This document shows, piece by piece, positions 20,664 through 29,136 of a stretch of 30,138 nucleotides of DNA (position 1 is its first letter; the number at the start of each line of letters is the position of its first letter). The notes beneath the pieces were generated by a model. The model worked only from the letters and a program-made list of their open reading frames with translations. It was not told where the DNA came from and did not search any database. Source of the stretch: Verrucomicrobiota bacterium (GTDB taxonomy: Bacteria > Verrucomicrobiota > Verrucomicrobiia > Limisphaerales > CANJSG01); the NCBI GenBank assembly GCA_038209745.1, contig JBBQXJ010000060.1:1-30138 (forward strand), in the 5' to 3' direction. The translations under genes were made by a program, and so were the position numbers.

Positions 20664-20785
20664 ATTTCGCAGCAACTGTGCAGCAAGCTCCAGACCCGGC
20701 AAAGAAAATGATCGGCTCGGATTCCCCGGACCGGCGTCTCCTTTTCGCGTTTCTCCCCGACGCGCGTTCGCTAGGGTCCCGATCG

Positions 20786-21589
20786 ATGATTCATTTGACC
20801 GCCGTCGTTCATCCCGGGGCCCGGATCGATCCCACCGCCGAGATCGGCCCCTACGCCGTCGTCGATGGCGATGTCACGCTCGGTGCTGGCTGCAGGGTCG
20901 GGCCGGGAGCCTATTTGACCGGACTCACAACCGTCGGCCAAGGGAACGTCTTCCACGCGGGTTGCGTGATCGGCGACTCGCCCCAGGACCTGAAGTATCG
21001 CGGCGAGCCGACTCGGCTTCGCATCGGGGACAAAAACGTCTTCCGCGAACACGTCACCGTTCACCGTTCCAACAAGCTGGACGAGGACACGGTGATCGGC
21101 TCGAACAACCTGCTGATGGCCGGTAGCCACGTGGGCCACAACTCCGTGATTGGAAACCATGTCATCCTCGCCAACGGCGCCCTCCTCGGCGGCCACGTCA
21201 CAGTGGCGGATCGGGTCTTCATCTCGGGCACCTGCATGCTCCACCAATTCGTCCGGGTCGGGACGTTGGCGCTGATGCAGGGCGGCTCCGGCATCAGCAA
21301 GGATCTGCCGCCCTTCTGCGTCGCCCGCGGCAACAACCGCATCGCCGGGCTGAACATCGTCGGCCTCCGCCGCGCTGGTTTCACCGCCCCGCAGAGGCTG
21401 GCTCTGAAACAAGCCTACCACCGGCTTTTCCGCTCGGGACTGCGGATGAACGAGGCCATCGCGAGAGCTCGGGAGGAATTTGGAACCGACGCCGCAGTTG
21501 CGACGCTTGTCGATTTTATCGCCGACTCAATCCGCGGCGTCTGCGCCGACACCGGAAAGCTGCGAACCGTCGCGACAGATCCCGAATAA
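20786..21589 (+). CDS. lpxA: Acyl-ACP--UDP-N-acetylglucosamine O-acyltransferase
   Basis: Hexapeptide repeats, IGDSPQDLKY, FREHVTVHR, SHVGHN, LGGHV, HQF, GLNIVGLRRAGF. Confidence 0.93.
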   Translation: MIHLTAVVHPGARIDPTAEIGPYAVVDGDVTLGAGCRVGPGAYLTGLTTVGQGNVFHAGCVIGDSPQDLKYRGEPTRLRIGDKNVFREHVTVHRSNKLDEDTVIGSNNLLMAGSHVGHNSVIGNHVILANGALLGGHVTVADRVFISGTCMLHQFVRVGTLALMQGGSGISKDLPPFCVARGNNRIAGLNIVGLRRAGFTAPQRLALKQAYHRLFRSGLRMNEAIARAREEFGTDAAVATLVDFIADSIRGVCADTGKLRTVATDPE

Positions 21590-21660
21590 ACCAAGCATCG
21601 CGAGGCTCGCCTCTCCGACACCCTGAATCAATCCAGCCGCGCCTTCATCGGAACCCTCCG

Positions 21661-22353
21661 CCGGAGCGATGCAGTGGGAGTTGTCTTTCGGTGGGGATCA
21701 GGGGGTAAAAGATGGGCGCTTTCCGACTGCATTGCAGTTGGGGAAAGGCGCAGAGGATCTTCTCCCCCGCGCGCGACCGCTCGTCGCGTTCGCGCAGGGG
21801 CACGGCGAACTTCATCATCATCTTGGCGGGGGCCATGCACGATTTGGTCTGACCGCCGAGATGGCGTTGGAAGAGAAAGGTCAGGTTGTTGGTGAGTGTG
21901 GCCAGGGACAGCGCTTCTTCCGTGGCCCAGAACGATTCCAAGCGGAGCGTGGGCCAGGCGAAGCCTTGGCGGAGTTCCTTGATCGACGTCTCGCAATCAG
22001 CCCGGCCGTGGTCGTCGCGCCATACGCTGAGCGGCGGGCTGGCGGCCAAATGCCTGATACTCGACTTCGGCCACGTCGGCGTCGGCCAGCTCGGTCGGCG
22101 TCCAGACCCGGTCGTGCCGGAGCAGCCGTTCCACCGGTTCGGTCAGCTTGGCCGCGCCCAGAACGTCGCCGTCCCGGTGTGCGCCCTGAGCTGCTGCCCG
22201 GTGAACTTCATCGCAATCGATTTCCCGCCGCTTTTGAACTCCCCTCCTCGGCCACCGTTTGGTGAAGCCGGCTCTCGCCCTTCCATCACCCTGTTTTCAT
22301 CAATTACCCATCGCTTCGCGATCGGCCGCTCCGTTTCGGCTGCATCGTTCCAG
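21661..22353 (-). mobile_element. Internally deleted IS1380-family element
   Basis: Terminal inverted repeats CCGGAGCGATGCAG (21661-21674) and CTGCATCGTTCCAG (22340-22353) match at 12/14. Frameshifted transposase fragments include FTGQQLRAHTGTATFW, GRADCETSIKELRQGF and FPNCNAVG. Confidence 0.8.
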
Positions 22354-22509
22354 ATACAGCTTTCCAAAACGCTTGCCCGAATGGCTTTGGGCGAACACCT
22401 GATTTGATCGGACCGACTAAAGCGTCGAGGCGGCATATCGGTCTACAGCCTCACGGCGCCACTCTGGGACAGGAGGAGCGGGAGAATTGACTATCACCGA
22501 GCGACAAAC

Positions 22510-22848
22510 TCAACCCGGTGGCCAACTCATCGGACGGCCACCGAGGATGTGGCAGTGGAGATGCGGAACAGATTCCCCGCCGTTCTTTCCGTTGTTGATC
22601 ACCAGCCGGAATCCGTCCGGCGTCAGGCCGACCTTCTTCGCCACTTCGCGCGCTTTCAGCAGCAGATGCCCGAGGAGGGCCTGGTCTTCGTCGCCCGTTT
22701 CGGCGATGCGGGCAAGGGGCTTCTTCGGAACGATCAGGATGTGGGTCGGAGCCTGGGGATTGATGTCGTTGAAGGCGAAGACGAGGTCGTCTTCGTAGAC
22801 GATCGAGGCGGGGATCTCGCGGGCGATGAGTTTCTCGAAGAGCGTCAT
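22510..22848 (-). CDS. hinT: HIT family nucleotide-binding protein (HinT-like)
   Basis: TLFEKLIAREIPA...DINPQAPTH...VPHLHCHILGGR. Confidence 0.93.
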   Translation of the reverse strand: MTLFEKLIAREIPASIVYEDDLVFAFNDINPQAPTHILIVPKKPLARIAETGDEDQALLGHLLLKAREVAKKVGLTPDGFRLVINNGKNGGESVPHLHCHILGGRPMSWPPG

Positions 22849-22952
22849 GATGCCGTCAGCATTGGTCTGTCTCTCAGGCGCCGCCAAGCGTTTTTGGGTC
22901 GGTCTGGCTGGCAAACGGGCCACTCCGACGGAGGAGCGGCGGGCCAACCCGC

Positions 22953-23519
22953 TCAGAAGACCCTCAACTCGCAATCGTGGTCTTTGTGCTCGGAATTGAG
23001 CACGCAGCGGAGGAACTCGACGATCTGGTCGCTCAATGACTGGCAGCGAGCCGTCCAGCGGCGGACGCCGACCAGTTGCTTGACGCAGCTTTTGAGGCCG
23101 GAGAACCGGACCACGTCGGGATCGGCCTCCAGTTTGGAGATCATCTGTTCGCGGAGCTGGTTGAAGAAGAAGAGTTCGCAGCCACTGCCCGCGTTGGAGG
23201 CGAGCTCCCGCAGGTCGGATTCCACGATGTGCTTCCTTGACGCGATCACGGAATCCCCGTCTTCGTAGCTGACGTTGAAGCCGAAGCCGCGCAGGACTTT
23301 TTCGAGGGCTTCGGAAAACTCGACCACCGAGACGCGGTCGCGTTTGAGCTCGGTCTTGAAGTAGTGGAGCACGGCGGCGGCGGCGTTCCGGATGATGTCC
23401 GGGTCGATGATCTGCGTCGAGTCGCCCATCAGCTCCACGGTGAAGTCCTCGGCCGAGCAGGGGATCTGCTGGCCGTCGGCGGTGCTGAAGATGAGGCAGT
23501 CGGGCTTCAGTTGGATCAT
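22953..23519 (-). CDS. Hypothetical protein with degenerate ATP-cone-like N-terminus
   Basis: 188 aa with an ATGA overlap with the nrdR stop and host-like codon usage. Confidence 0.75.
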   Translation of the reverse strand: MIQLKPDCLIFSTADGQQIPCSAEDFTVELMGDSTQIIDPDIIRNAAAAVLHYFKTELKRDRVSVVEFSEALEKVLRGFGFNVSYEDGDSVIASRKHIVESDLRELASNAGSGCELFFFNQLREQMISKLEADPDVVRFSGLKSCVKQLVGVRRWTARCQSLSDQIVEFLRCVLNSEHKDHDCELRVF

Positions 23520-23971
23520 TGGGTATCCTCCAGTTTTTTCACGGCGTGGACAAAGTCGGTCGCTTCCTGAAATTGTCGATAGACGCTGGCGAAACGGACG
23601 TAGGCCACTTCGTCCAGCTCGCGGAGCGCCTCCATCACCTTCTCGCCGACGACCATTCCAGGCACCTCGGAGTCGTGGCCTTCGGTGATCTCGGCGACGA
23701 TCCGATCGACGATGCTGGCGATGGCTTCAGGGCTGACGGGTCTTTTTTGGCAGGCCTTGCGGATGCCGGACAAAAGTTTCTCCCGGGAGAACTCCTCGCG
23801 CCGGTTGTCCCGCTTGATCACGACGAGGCCTTCGTGCTCGATCTCTTCGTAGGTGGTGAAGCGGAAGGCACAGGTCGCGCACTCCCGGCGCCGCCGGATG
23901 ACAGCGCCTTCCCGTGAGGATCGTGAATCAATCACCTTATCCTCCTGACATCCGCATTTTGGGCAGCGCAT
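23516..23971 (-). CDS. nrdR: Transcriptional repressor NrdR
   Basis: MRCPKC...VIDSR...IRRRRECATCAFRFTTYE zinc ribbon; VIKRDNRREEF ATP-cone; VAYVRFASVY. Confidence 0.97.
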   Translation of the reverse strand: MRCPKCGCQEDKVIDSRSSREGAVIRRRRECATCAFRFTTYEEIEHEGLVVIKRDNRREEFSREKLLSGIRKACQKRPVSPEAIASIVDRIVAEITEGHDSEVPGMVVGEKVMEALRELDEVAYVRFASVYRQFQEATDFVHAVKKLEDTQ

Positions 23972-23986
23972 AGTCGGGTTGTGGAC

Positions 23987-24034
23987 ACACAACCTGTCGT
24001 GTCCGGGACGCGAGTAACATACCAAGGATTGTGG
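23987..24034. promoter_or_regulatory. Tandem NrdR-box-like operators
   Basis: ACACAACCTGTCGTGT (23987-24002) and ATACCAAGGATTGTGG (24019-24034), 32 bp apart, adjacent to a minus-strand TTGACG (24040-24035). Confidence 0.65.
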
Positions 24035-24130
24035 CGTCAAGAAAGCCCGTCCCTTTGGAAGTCCGATCCAAGGCCGGAGAATTCGCGGTTGCACCGGCGG
24101 TCGGCGCCGAAATAATCAGGGCACTTTCAG

Positions 24131-24760
24131 ATGAACGAATGGCATATCCAGTCTAGGGCCCATGTCTGCCAAGTCTCCGGAGTTCGCTTCGAGGACAAGC
24201 AGGCCTATTTCACCCTGCTCTTCGAAGAGGGCCACGAGCTCAAACGGATCGACGTCTGCGAGGCGGTCTGGCGTGACCAGTATGGCGCCGATCCTTCCAA
24301 GGTTCCCGGCTACATTTCCCACTGGAAGGGCGTCTATGAAGTTCCGCCTCCGGTGGCCCCGGACGCCATTCGCAAGGAATCCGCCGAAACCCTGTTGCGG
24401 AAGCTGATCGAGCAGGATGATCCGACCCACGGCCCGGCCTGCTACATCCTCGCGGTGATGCTCGAGCGCAAACGGCTGTTGAAGGTGAAGGAGCAGTTCC
24501 GCCGCGACGGTGTCCGCGTCTTCCTCTACGAACAGCCGAAGACGGGCGACCTCTTCACCATCACGGATCCCGATCTGCAGCTGGACCAGCTGGAGAACGT
24601 GCAGCGCGACGTCGCGGATCTATTGGAGCACGGCTTGCCAGGAGATGCTCCGAACAAGGTGGCCGAAACGCCACTTTCAGCCGAACCGGTCCCGGAGACC
24701 GAGGGGGAACCGCTGCAAGAAGAGCCTTCGGTCTCGGGAGAGCCAGTTTCCGCCGTGTAG
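24131..24760 (+). CDS. Conserved hypothetical protein
   Basis: 209-aa ORF with host-like codon usage and a YILAVMLERKRLLK segment; TTGCAC-N16-AATAAT lies upstream. Confidence 0.8.
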   Translation: MNEWHIQSRAHVCQVSGVRFEDKQAYFTLLFEEGHELKRIDVCEAVWRDQYGADPSKVPGYISHWKGVYEVPPPVAPDAIRKESAETLLRKLIEQDDPTHGPACYILAVMLERKRLLKVKEQFRRDGVRVFLYEQPKTGDLFTITDPDLQLDQLENVQRDVADLLEHGLPGDAPNKVAETPLSAEPVPETEGEPLQEEPSVSGEPVSAV

Positions 24761-24847
24761 CTTCTGGGGCGTGTCCATGAGGAAGAGGCTGGCTGGATTT
24801 GCGGCTTGCCGCGTCCTGCTGTCCGGCCGTAAATCCGCGCACCTGTT

Positions 24848-25147
24848 ATGTTTTCACACGTTGTCATTTTCTGGACCGATCCCGCGAAACCGAACGCCGC
24901 CGCCGACCTGTTGGCCGGGGCCGAGAAATACCTGCGCCCCATTCCCGGCGTGCTCCATTTCCACGTGGGCAAGATGGCAGCCAGCCATCGGCCCGTGGTG
25001 GACCAGTCCTATCAGCTCGCGCTGAACATCGTCTTCCCCGACAAACAGGCCGAGGCAGCCTATCAGGTCCATCCAATGCATCTCGAATTCGTCGAGAAGG
25101 CTTTCAAACCGAATTGCCAGAAGGTGGTCATCTACGACTTCGAGTGA
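24848..25147 (+). CDS. Dabb family (stress-responsive A/B barrel) protein
   Basis: MFSHVVIFW...IPGV...YQVHPMHLEFV...VIYDF. Confidence 0.9.
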   Translation: MFSHVVIFWTDPAKPNAAADLLAGAEKYLRPIPGVLHFHVGKMAASHRPVVDQSYQLALNIVFPDKQAEAAYQVHPMHLEFVEKAFKPNCQKVVIYDFE

Positions 25148-25166
25148 CCCGATCCGTTCGCCAGCC

Positions 25167-25724
25167 GTGAAGACCACGTTCAAGGAATGGGCCATCGTGG
25201 TCGACGCGCTGGGCCGCGGAGATCAGACCCTCATCCTGCGCAAAGGCGGCATCGCGGAAGGGCGCGGTGGCTTCAGGCCCGAGCACGAACGGTTCCTGCT
25301 CTTTCCGACGCTCTTCCATCAGCAGCGGGAATCGGTCGTCCCTGCGGCGCAGATCCGGCACGACGAGATCGTTCCCGGCCTGGCCAAGGCCGAGATCCTG
25401 CGGCTGGAATTCACGGCCGAAGTGGTGATGGCTCGGCAGCTCCAGTCGTTGGAGGAAGCCCGTCGGTTGCGCCCGTTCCATGTCTGGCGCGACGAAGTGG
25501 TGGCCGAACGGTTCGACTGGGGCCGCGACAAGAGCCTATATGTGATGGTGGTTCGGATTCGTAGACTCCCACGGCGGATCGAGCTGCCGATGCTGCCGGC
25601 CTACGGTGGCTGCAGGTCGTGGATCGACACGGCGGAAGAGATTTCCGTGGAGAGCGCGGAGCCGGTCCTGTCCTACGACGAGTTCTCCTCGAGGCTCGCG
25701 GCAGTGAAGTCGGCTCTGGGCTAG
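25167..25724 (+). CDS. DUF1802 family protein
   Basis: FKEWAIVVDALGRGDQTLILRKGGIAEG...FLLFPT...YGGCRSW. Confidence 0.9.
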   Translation: MKTTFKEWAIVVDALGRGDQTLILRKGGIAEGRGGFRPEHERFLLFPTLFHQQRESVVPAAQIRHDEIVPGLAKAEILRLEFTAEVVMARQLQSLEEARRLRPFHVWRDEVVAERFDWGRDKSLYVMVVRIRRLPRRIELPMLPAYGGCRSWIDTAEEISVESAEPVLSYDEFSSRLAAVKSALG

Positions 25725-25760
25725 GTAGCCTCGAGGGTGGCGCCGCTTTCTACCGGTGGG

Positions 25761-26408
25761 TCAGGATACGACGAACAGCGCCTTTGGATGCGAGGCGAGG
25801 GCGCGTTCCACGAAGGCGGGCGTTTCGGGGAGGAACTCGTTCAAGATCCGTTCGCATTCCACGCTCGGCAGTGCACGGCCGACGACGACGGATTCCGCCC
25901 AGCCGGTCAAGGTCCGTTCGACGTAGTGGACCAATCCTTGGCGGAACGGGATGGAGTAGATTCCAAGCGTGATCCCGTAGACGACCGTGTGCCACGGCAA
26001 CACGCGATTCTCGTCCGACGCGGCGAGAAATTTTTGGAGCGCGCGATGGTCCTTAAGCGGGCGGAGGCGACGGAGGTGGCTGCGGCCGACGCGGCGGCTG
26101 GCATCGGCGAAATCGCGGAGCCCCGGCTCCTTGGTCAGCGAACGATCCAGCTCGATCAGCTCGCGCCCCAGGTTCTGACGGGTCAGCTCGGCGGCGCGCA
26201 GAATCGTGGGCAACTCCAAGGGTGAAAGGATCTCGGCCCGATACCGGTGGAGAAACGAGGTCAATTCGGCGGCGTTGGTCAGGGGCTTGCGCCAGAGGGA
26301 CCGTGGGGTGGGCGCCGAAGCGTCGCCGCCGGGTCCGATCTGATGGAGGAGCGCGGTGTATTCGCCGAGCAGCTCGGAGGTTTCCTGGATGGCGGTCTGG
26401 GCGTTCAT
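25761..26408 (-). CDS. UreF-like (urease accessory fold) protein
   Basis: LIELDRSL...ASRRVGRSHLRRL...HTVVYG pattern; TTGACC-N16-TACCTT promoter at 26472-26445. Confidence 0.6.
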   Translation of the reverse strand: MNAQTAIQETSELLGEYTALLHQIGPGGDASAPTPRSLWRKPLTNAAELTSFLHRYRAEILSPLELPTILRAAELTRQNLGRELIELDRSLTKEPGLRDFADASRRVGRSHLRRLRPLKDHRALQKFLAASDENRVLPWHTVVYGITLGIYSIPFRQGLVHYVERTLTGWAESVVVGRALPSVECERILNEFLPETPAFVERALASHPKALFVVS

Positions 26409-26608
26409 CAAATCTCGAACCGGCGGAACCGGTGCCGACCGAAGAAGGTATGGACGAACCCCGGGAGGTCAAAGGGGGAATCGCAAAACCCCGAGGAGCG
26501 AGTCCGATTGCGGCGCGGGTCGCGCCGTCGCTTTGGTCTTCGAGTCGCGGTCTTCGCCTCGCTTGTTCCTGCGTGCGGAGTGGCCGAACTTTGTCCACCC
26601 TCTGGCCC

Positions 26609-26914
26609 ATGAGCGAGATCACACGGCACTGCCACGCCTGCGGCACCGTCTATGGATTGAAAGGCAATCCCGGGCGGCTGGAAGCCTGCGAGCAATGCGG
26701 CGCGGATCAGAAGGTCTGCCTGAACTGCGGCCACTACGCCGCCACCGGCTACGCGCAGCAGTGCAAGGAACGCCGCGCCGACGAGGTCTTCGACAAGGTA
26801 ACCGCGAATTTCTGCGAGTGGTTCGAGTTCGCCCGCCGGGAGTTCAAGGGCATCGGCGGCAGCTCGCGGGAGCAGTCCGCGCGCGATGGACTGAAGAAGC
26901 TGCTGGGGGATTGA
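26609..26914 (+). CDS. Small Cys-rich zinc-ribbon protein
   Basis: CHAC, CEQC, CLNC, QCKE and NFCEWF give 8 Cys in 101 aa. Confidence 0.8.
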   Translation: MSEITRHCHACGTVYGLKGNPGRLEACEQCGADQKVCLNCGHYAATGYAQQCKERRADEVFDKVTANFCEWFEFARREFKGIGGSSREQSARDGLKKLLGD

Positions 26915-26966
26915 ATCCCATCAATGTCCAGTCTCCGCGACTCCAAGCCAGCGATCGGGAATCGGA

Positions 26967-27046
26967 GGTGTCGCCGCGTCTCGCGGGCGGGTGAGCAATC
27001 AAGGAAGCGGGACGCTCCAGGAACCCGCCGCCGGGACGGCGACGCT
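26967..27046. repeat. REP-like imperfect inverted repeat
   Basis: Arms GGTGTCGCCGCGTCTCGCGGGCGGG and CCCGCCGCCGGGACGGCGACGCT. Confidence 0.45.
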
Positions 27047-27054
27047 AGAGGCCG

Positions 27055-27212
27055 CCTGCACCCTCTGGCACTTGGTTTATTTCCAGGAACCCTTCACCCC
27101 CGAAGTCTTCGCCCGCGAAGCGGAAAAGATGAAACACCGCAAGCTTTCCCGCCCTCTTCCTCGCCTACGCCCTCGTTCCAAACCTACAATTTACACCGTC
27201 AGTTTCTCAGCG
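27055..27212 (+). mobile_element. Probable IS110-family 3' remnant
   Basis: LWHLVYFQEPFTPEVFAREAEKMKHRKL resembles IS110 transposase C-termini; the stretch ends in GTTTCTCAGCG. Confidence 0.45.
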
Positions 27213-27216
27213 GGCA

Positions 27217-27636
27217 TCATTTTAGAATCAGGTCTTTCGAGTTAATGTTGTAGCCGACCAACACCGCCTTGGCGTTCTCCATCTGGAATGTAAAAACCTC
27301 CGTGCCTTTGCCCTGCTGGAAGGTCGTGGCCTGAGTCAGCACGACGGTCGTCGTGAAATTGAATGTTCCAACATTGAAGGCCGTCTCGGTAGTCTGGGTG
27401 ACCTTGCCAAGCTTCCGCTGCACTGCACCCAAAAACTCCAGAAACTGCTTCTCTGTCGTCGCGCCCTTGAACTTGGAATGGCCGGCCGAGTAGATGTCTG
27501 AGAGCTTCCCGTCGTTGTAGAGCTTGTGGAAGTCGGCAACGCCCTGCTCTGCGGCTTTCTTGCCCTTGAACATCCCTCCACAGCCAGACGCGAATAGCGC
27601 GACGCTCAGAACAAGAAATAGCGGGGTGGTTTTCAT
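27217..27636 (-). CDS. Lipoprotein (DUF4019/DUF3887-like), probable integron cassette gene
   Basis: Lipobox FASGC; visibly more AT-rich than neighbours; GTTAGGC 14 nt upstream of the ATG. Confidence 0.8.
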   Translation of the reverse strand: MKTTPLFLVLSVALFASGCGGMFKGKKAAEQGVADFHKLYNDGKLSDIYSAGHSKFKGATTEKQFLEFLGAVQRKLGKVTQTTETAFNVGTFNFTTTVVLTQATTFQQGKGTEVFTFQMENAKAVLVGYNINSKDLILK

Positions 27637-27650
27637 GGCGGTGCGATGAT

Positions 27651-27741
27651 GCCTAACATTTAAGTGAGCGACAGTTCCTTAGGATGTTCGTCGCCATATT
27701 GGTAGTAACTGGAAGATGGGGCCGGGTCCAAGGAACTGTCG
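27651..27741 (-). other. Truncated attC-like recombination site
   Basis: The minus strand ends GTCGCTCACTTAAATGTTAGGC (GTTRRRY core). There is a perfect 12-bp inverted repeat at 27669-27680 / 27730-27741. The distal RYYYAAC box is absent. Confidence 0.6.
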
Positions 27742-27902
27742 ATGCCAACCCTACGGATTGAGCGCGGGGAATGCGGTCGCCCATCCCTTTCGCGACAGCC
27801 CCGGGAGCAGGGGCCCGCGCCAGCGGTAAGGTCTCGCGGACGTGACCGTCCGCGCTCCGTGAGTCTCGGGACACCTCGGCGCGCCTGCCTTCCTCCGGTG
27901 GG

Positions 27903-28970
27903 TCACTCCCCGTGGTAGCCGCGCCAGACCCAGACCAGCGTGTCGGCCAAGGTCTGCTGGAAGACCTTGCCGTCGCAGTGGCCGGTTCCGAGGCTGAAGA
28001 CGAAACGATGGTCGTAGCCTTTGGCGGCCAGAGCGGCTTCGGTGCGTTTGCCGGCCATGGGCCAGTTGTGGTGGTCCGATTCGGGGGAGTTTTCGCGGAG
28101 GTCGTGTTCGGACACGTGCGTGAAGATGCGGAGGGGTTTCTTCTCCGTGTTTTCGATCAGCTTCATGCCGGAGTGGTATTCCCAGGCGCCGAGCGGGTAT
28201 TTGGCTTCTTCCGGCGCGTCGTCGTCCTGCTGATCCACGAAGGTCCCGGAGTAGGCGATGATGCGACGGAACAGGTCGGGCCGGAACCAGCCCATGGTCA
28301 GGGCGGCGGCGCCACCGGAGCTGCAGCCCATGGTGGCGCGGCCCCAGGGATTGTCGGTGATGGCGAGGTGCGGGAAGGCGGCCTTGATCTCCGGATTATT
28401 GACCACGGCGGGGAACACTTCGTCGTTGATGAACCGGGCGAAGCGGTCGGACATGGTGTCGTATTCGAGGCCGCGTTCGCTGTTCTTGCCGTCGTTGCCG
28501 CCGTTCTCGACGGAGACGACGATGAACGCGGGCAGCTTGCGGTCCGGGTCGGTGGAGATGGTCAAATTGTCGAGCGCGTTGCGCACGAGGTTCAGCTGGC
28601 TCGGCCCGTCGTGGGTGACCAGCACGGGTGCCTTGGTGCCGTCTTTGTAGGCGGCCGGCACGTAGACGAAGATCTTGCGCTCCGTGCGGACCTTTTTCTT
28701 TTCCGGCTCCAAGGTCGTGTCGTCACCTTTGAAGATCTTGCTGTCGGCCAAGGCCATCGTGAACTCGAAGGACTGGCCCTTCGGATTGCCTTTGTCGGTG
28801 AGGTCGGGCGCGATCTTGTAGTCGGGTCCGATCGTGACGATGCCGTTCCCGGCGGTGCCCGGACTTTCCGTGTAGGTCTCGGCGGCTCTTCCAGTCTGGG
28901 TCAGCAGTCCGATGAGGCTCAGAAGAGGGAGGCAACGGATGCGGGCGGAGCGAAGACGCGTGATGGGCAT
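27903..28970 (-). CDS. Secreted alpha/beta-hydrolase esterase (enterochelin esterase/Fes-like)
   Basis: Signal peptide, RKIFVYVPAAY, ERGLEYD, nucleophile GCSSG and C-terminal GTGHC. Confidence 0.88.
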   Translation of the reverse strand: MPITRLRSARIRCLPLLSLIGLLTQTGRAAETYTESPGTAGNGIVTIGPDYKIAPDLTDKGNPKGQSFEFTMALADSKIFKGDDTTLEPEKKKVRTERKIFVYVPAAYKDGTKAPVLVTHDGPSQLNLVRNALDNLTISTDPDRKLPAFIVVSVENGGNDGKNSERGLEYDTMSDRFARFINDEVFPAVVNNPEIKAAFPHLAITDNPWGRATMGCSSGGAAALTMGWFRPDLFRRIIAYSGTFVDQQDDDAPEEAKYPLGAWEYHSGMKLIENTEKKPLRIFTHVSEHDLRENSPESDHHNWPMAGKRTEAALAAKGYDHRFVFSLGTGHCDGKVFQQTLADTLVWVWRGYHGE

Positions 28971-29136
28971 GGAGGAGTGGTTAAGGCATCGGGGACGGGA
29001 CACAAGCGGGAATTGGGAAAAGGCGGAATTCTCGGCGGCGGGCCCGACCCTTGACGGGGTTCATCCAATTGATGGCCTCGGGTTGCCCGGCGTTGATGAA
29101 CCCGACCCGGACCCGGGGTGAGGTGCGGTCTGGGCT

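Noticed and set aside
23972..24094. N-terminal extensions in the ORF track for nrdR (also hinT, lpxA, ybjQ, aroF and the zinc-ribbon gene)
   Set aside because: Family motifs begin at downstream ATGs, and the extensions run over promoter and operator sequence.
29057..29103. 9-bp inverted repeat GGGTTCATC / GATGAACCC
   Set aside because: Single copy with a long loop and no U-tract, so no function can be assigned.
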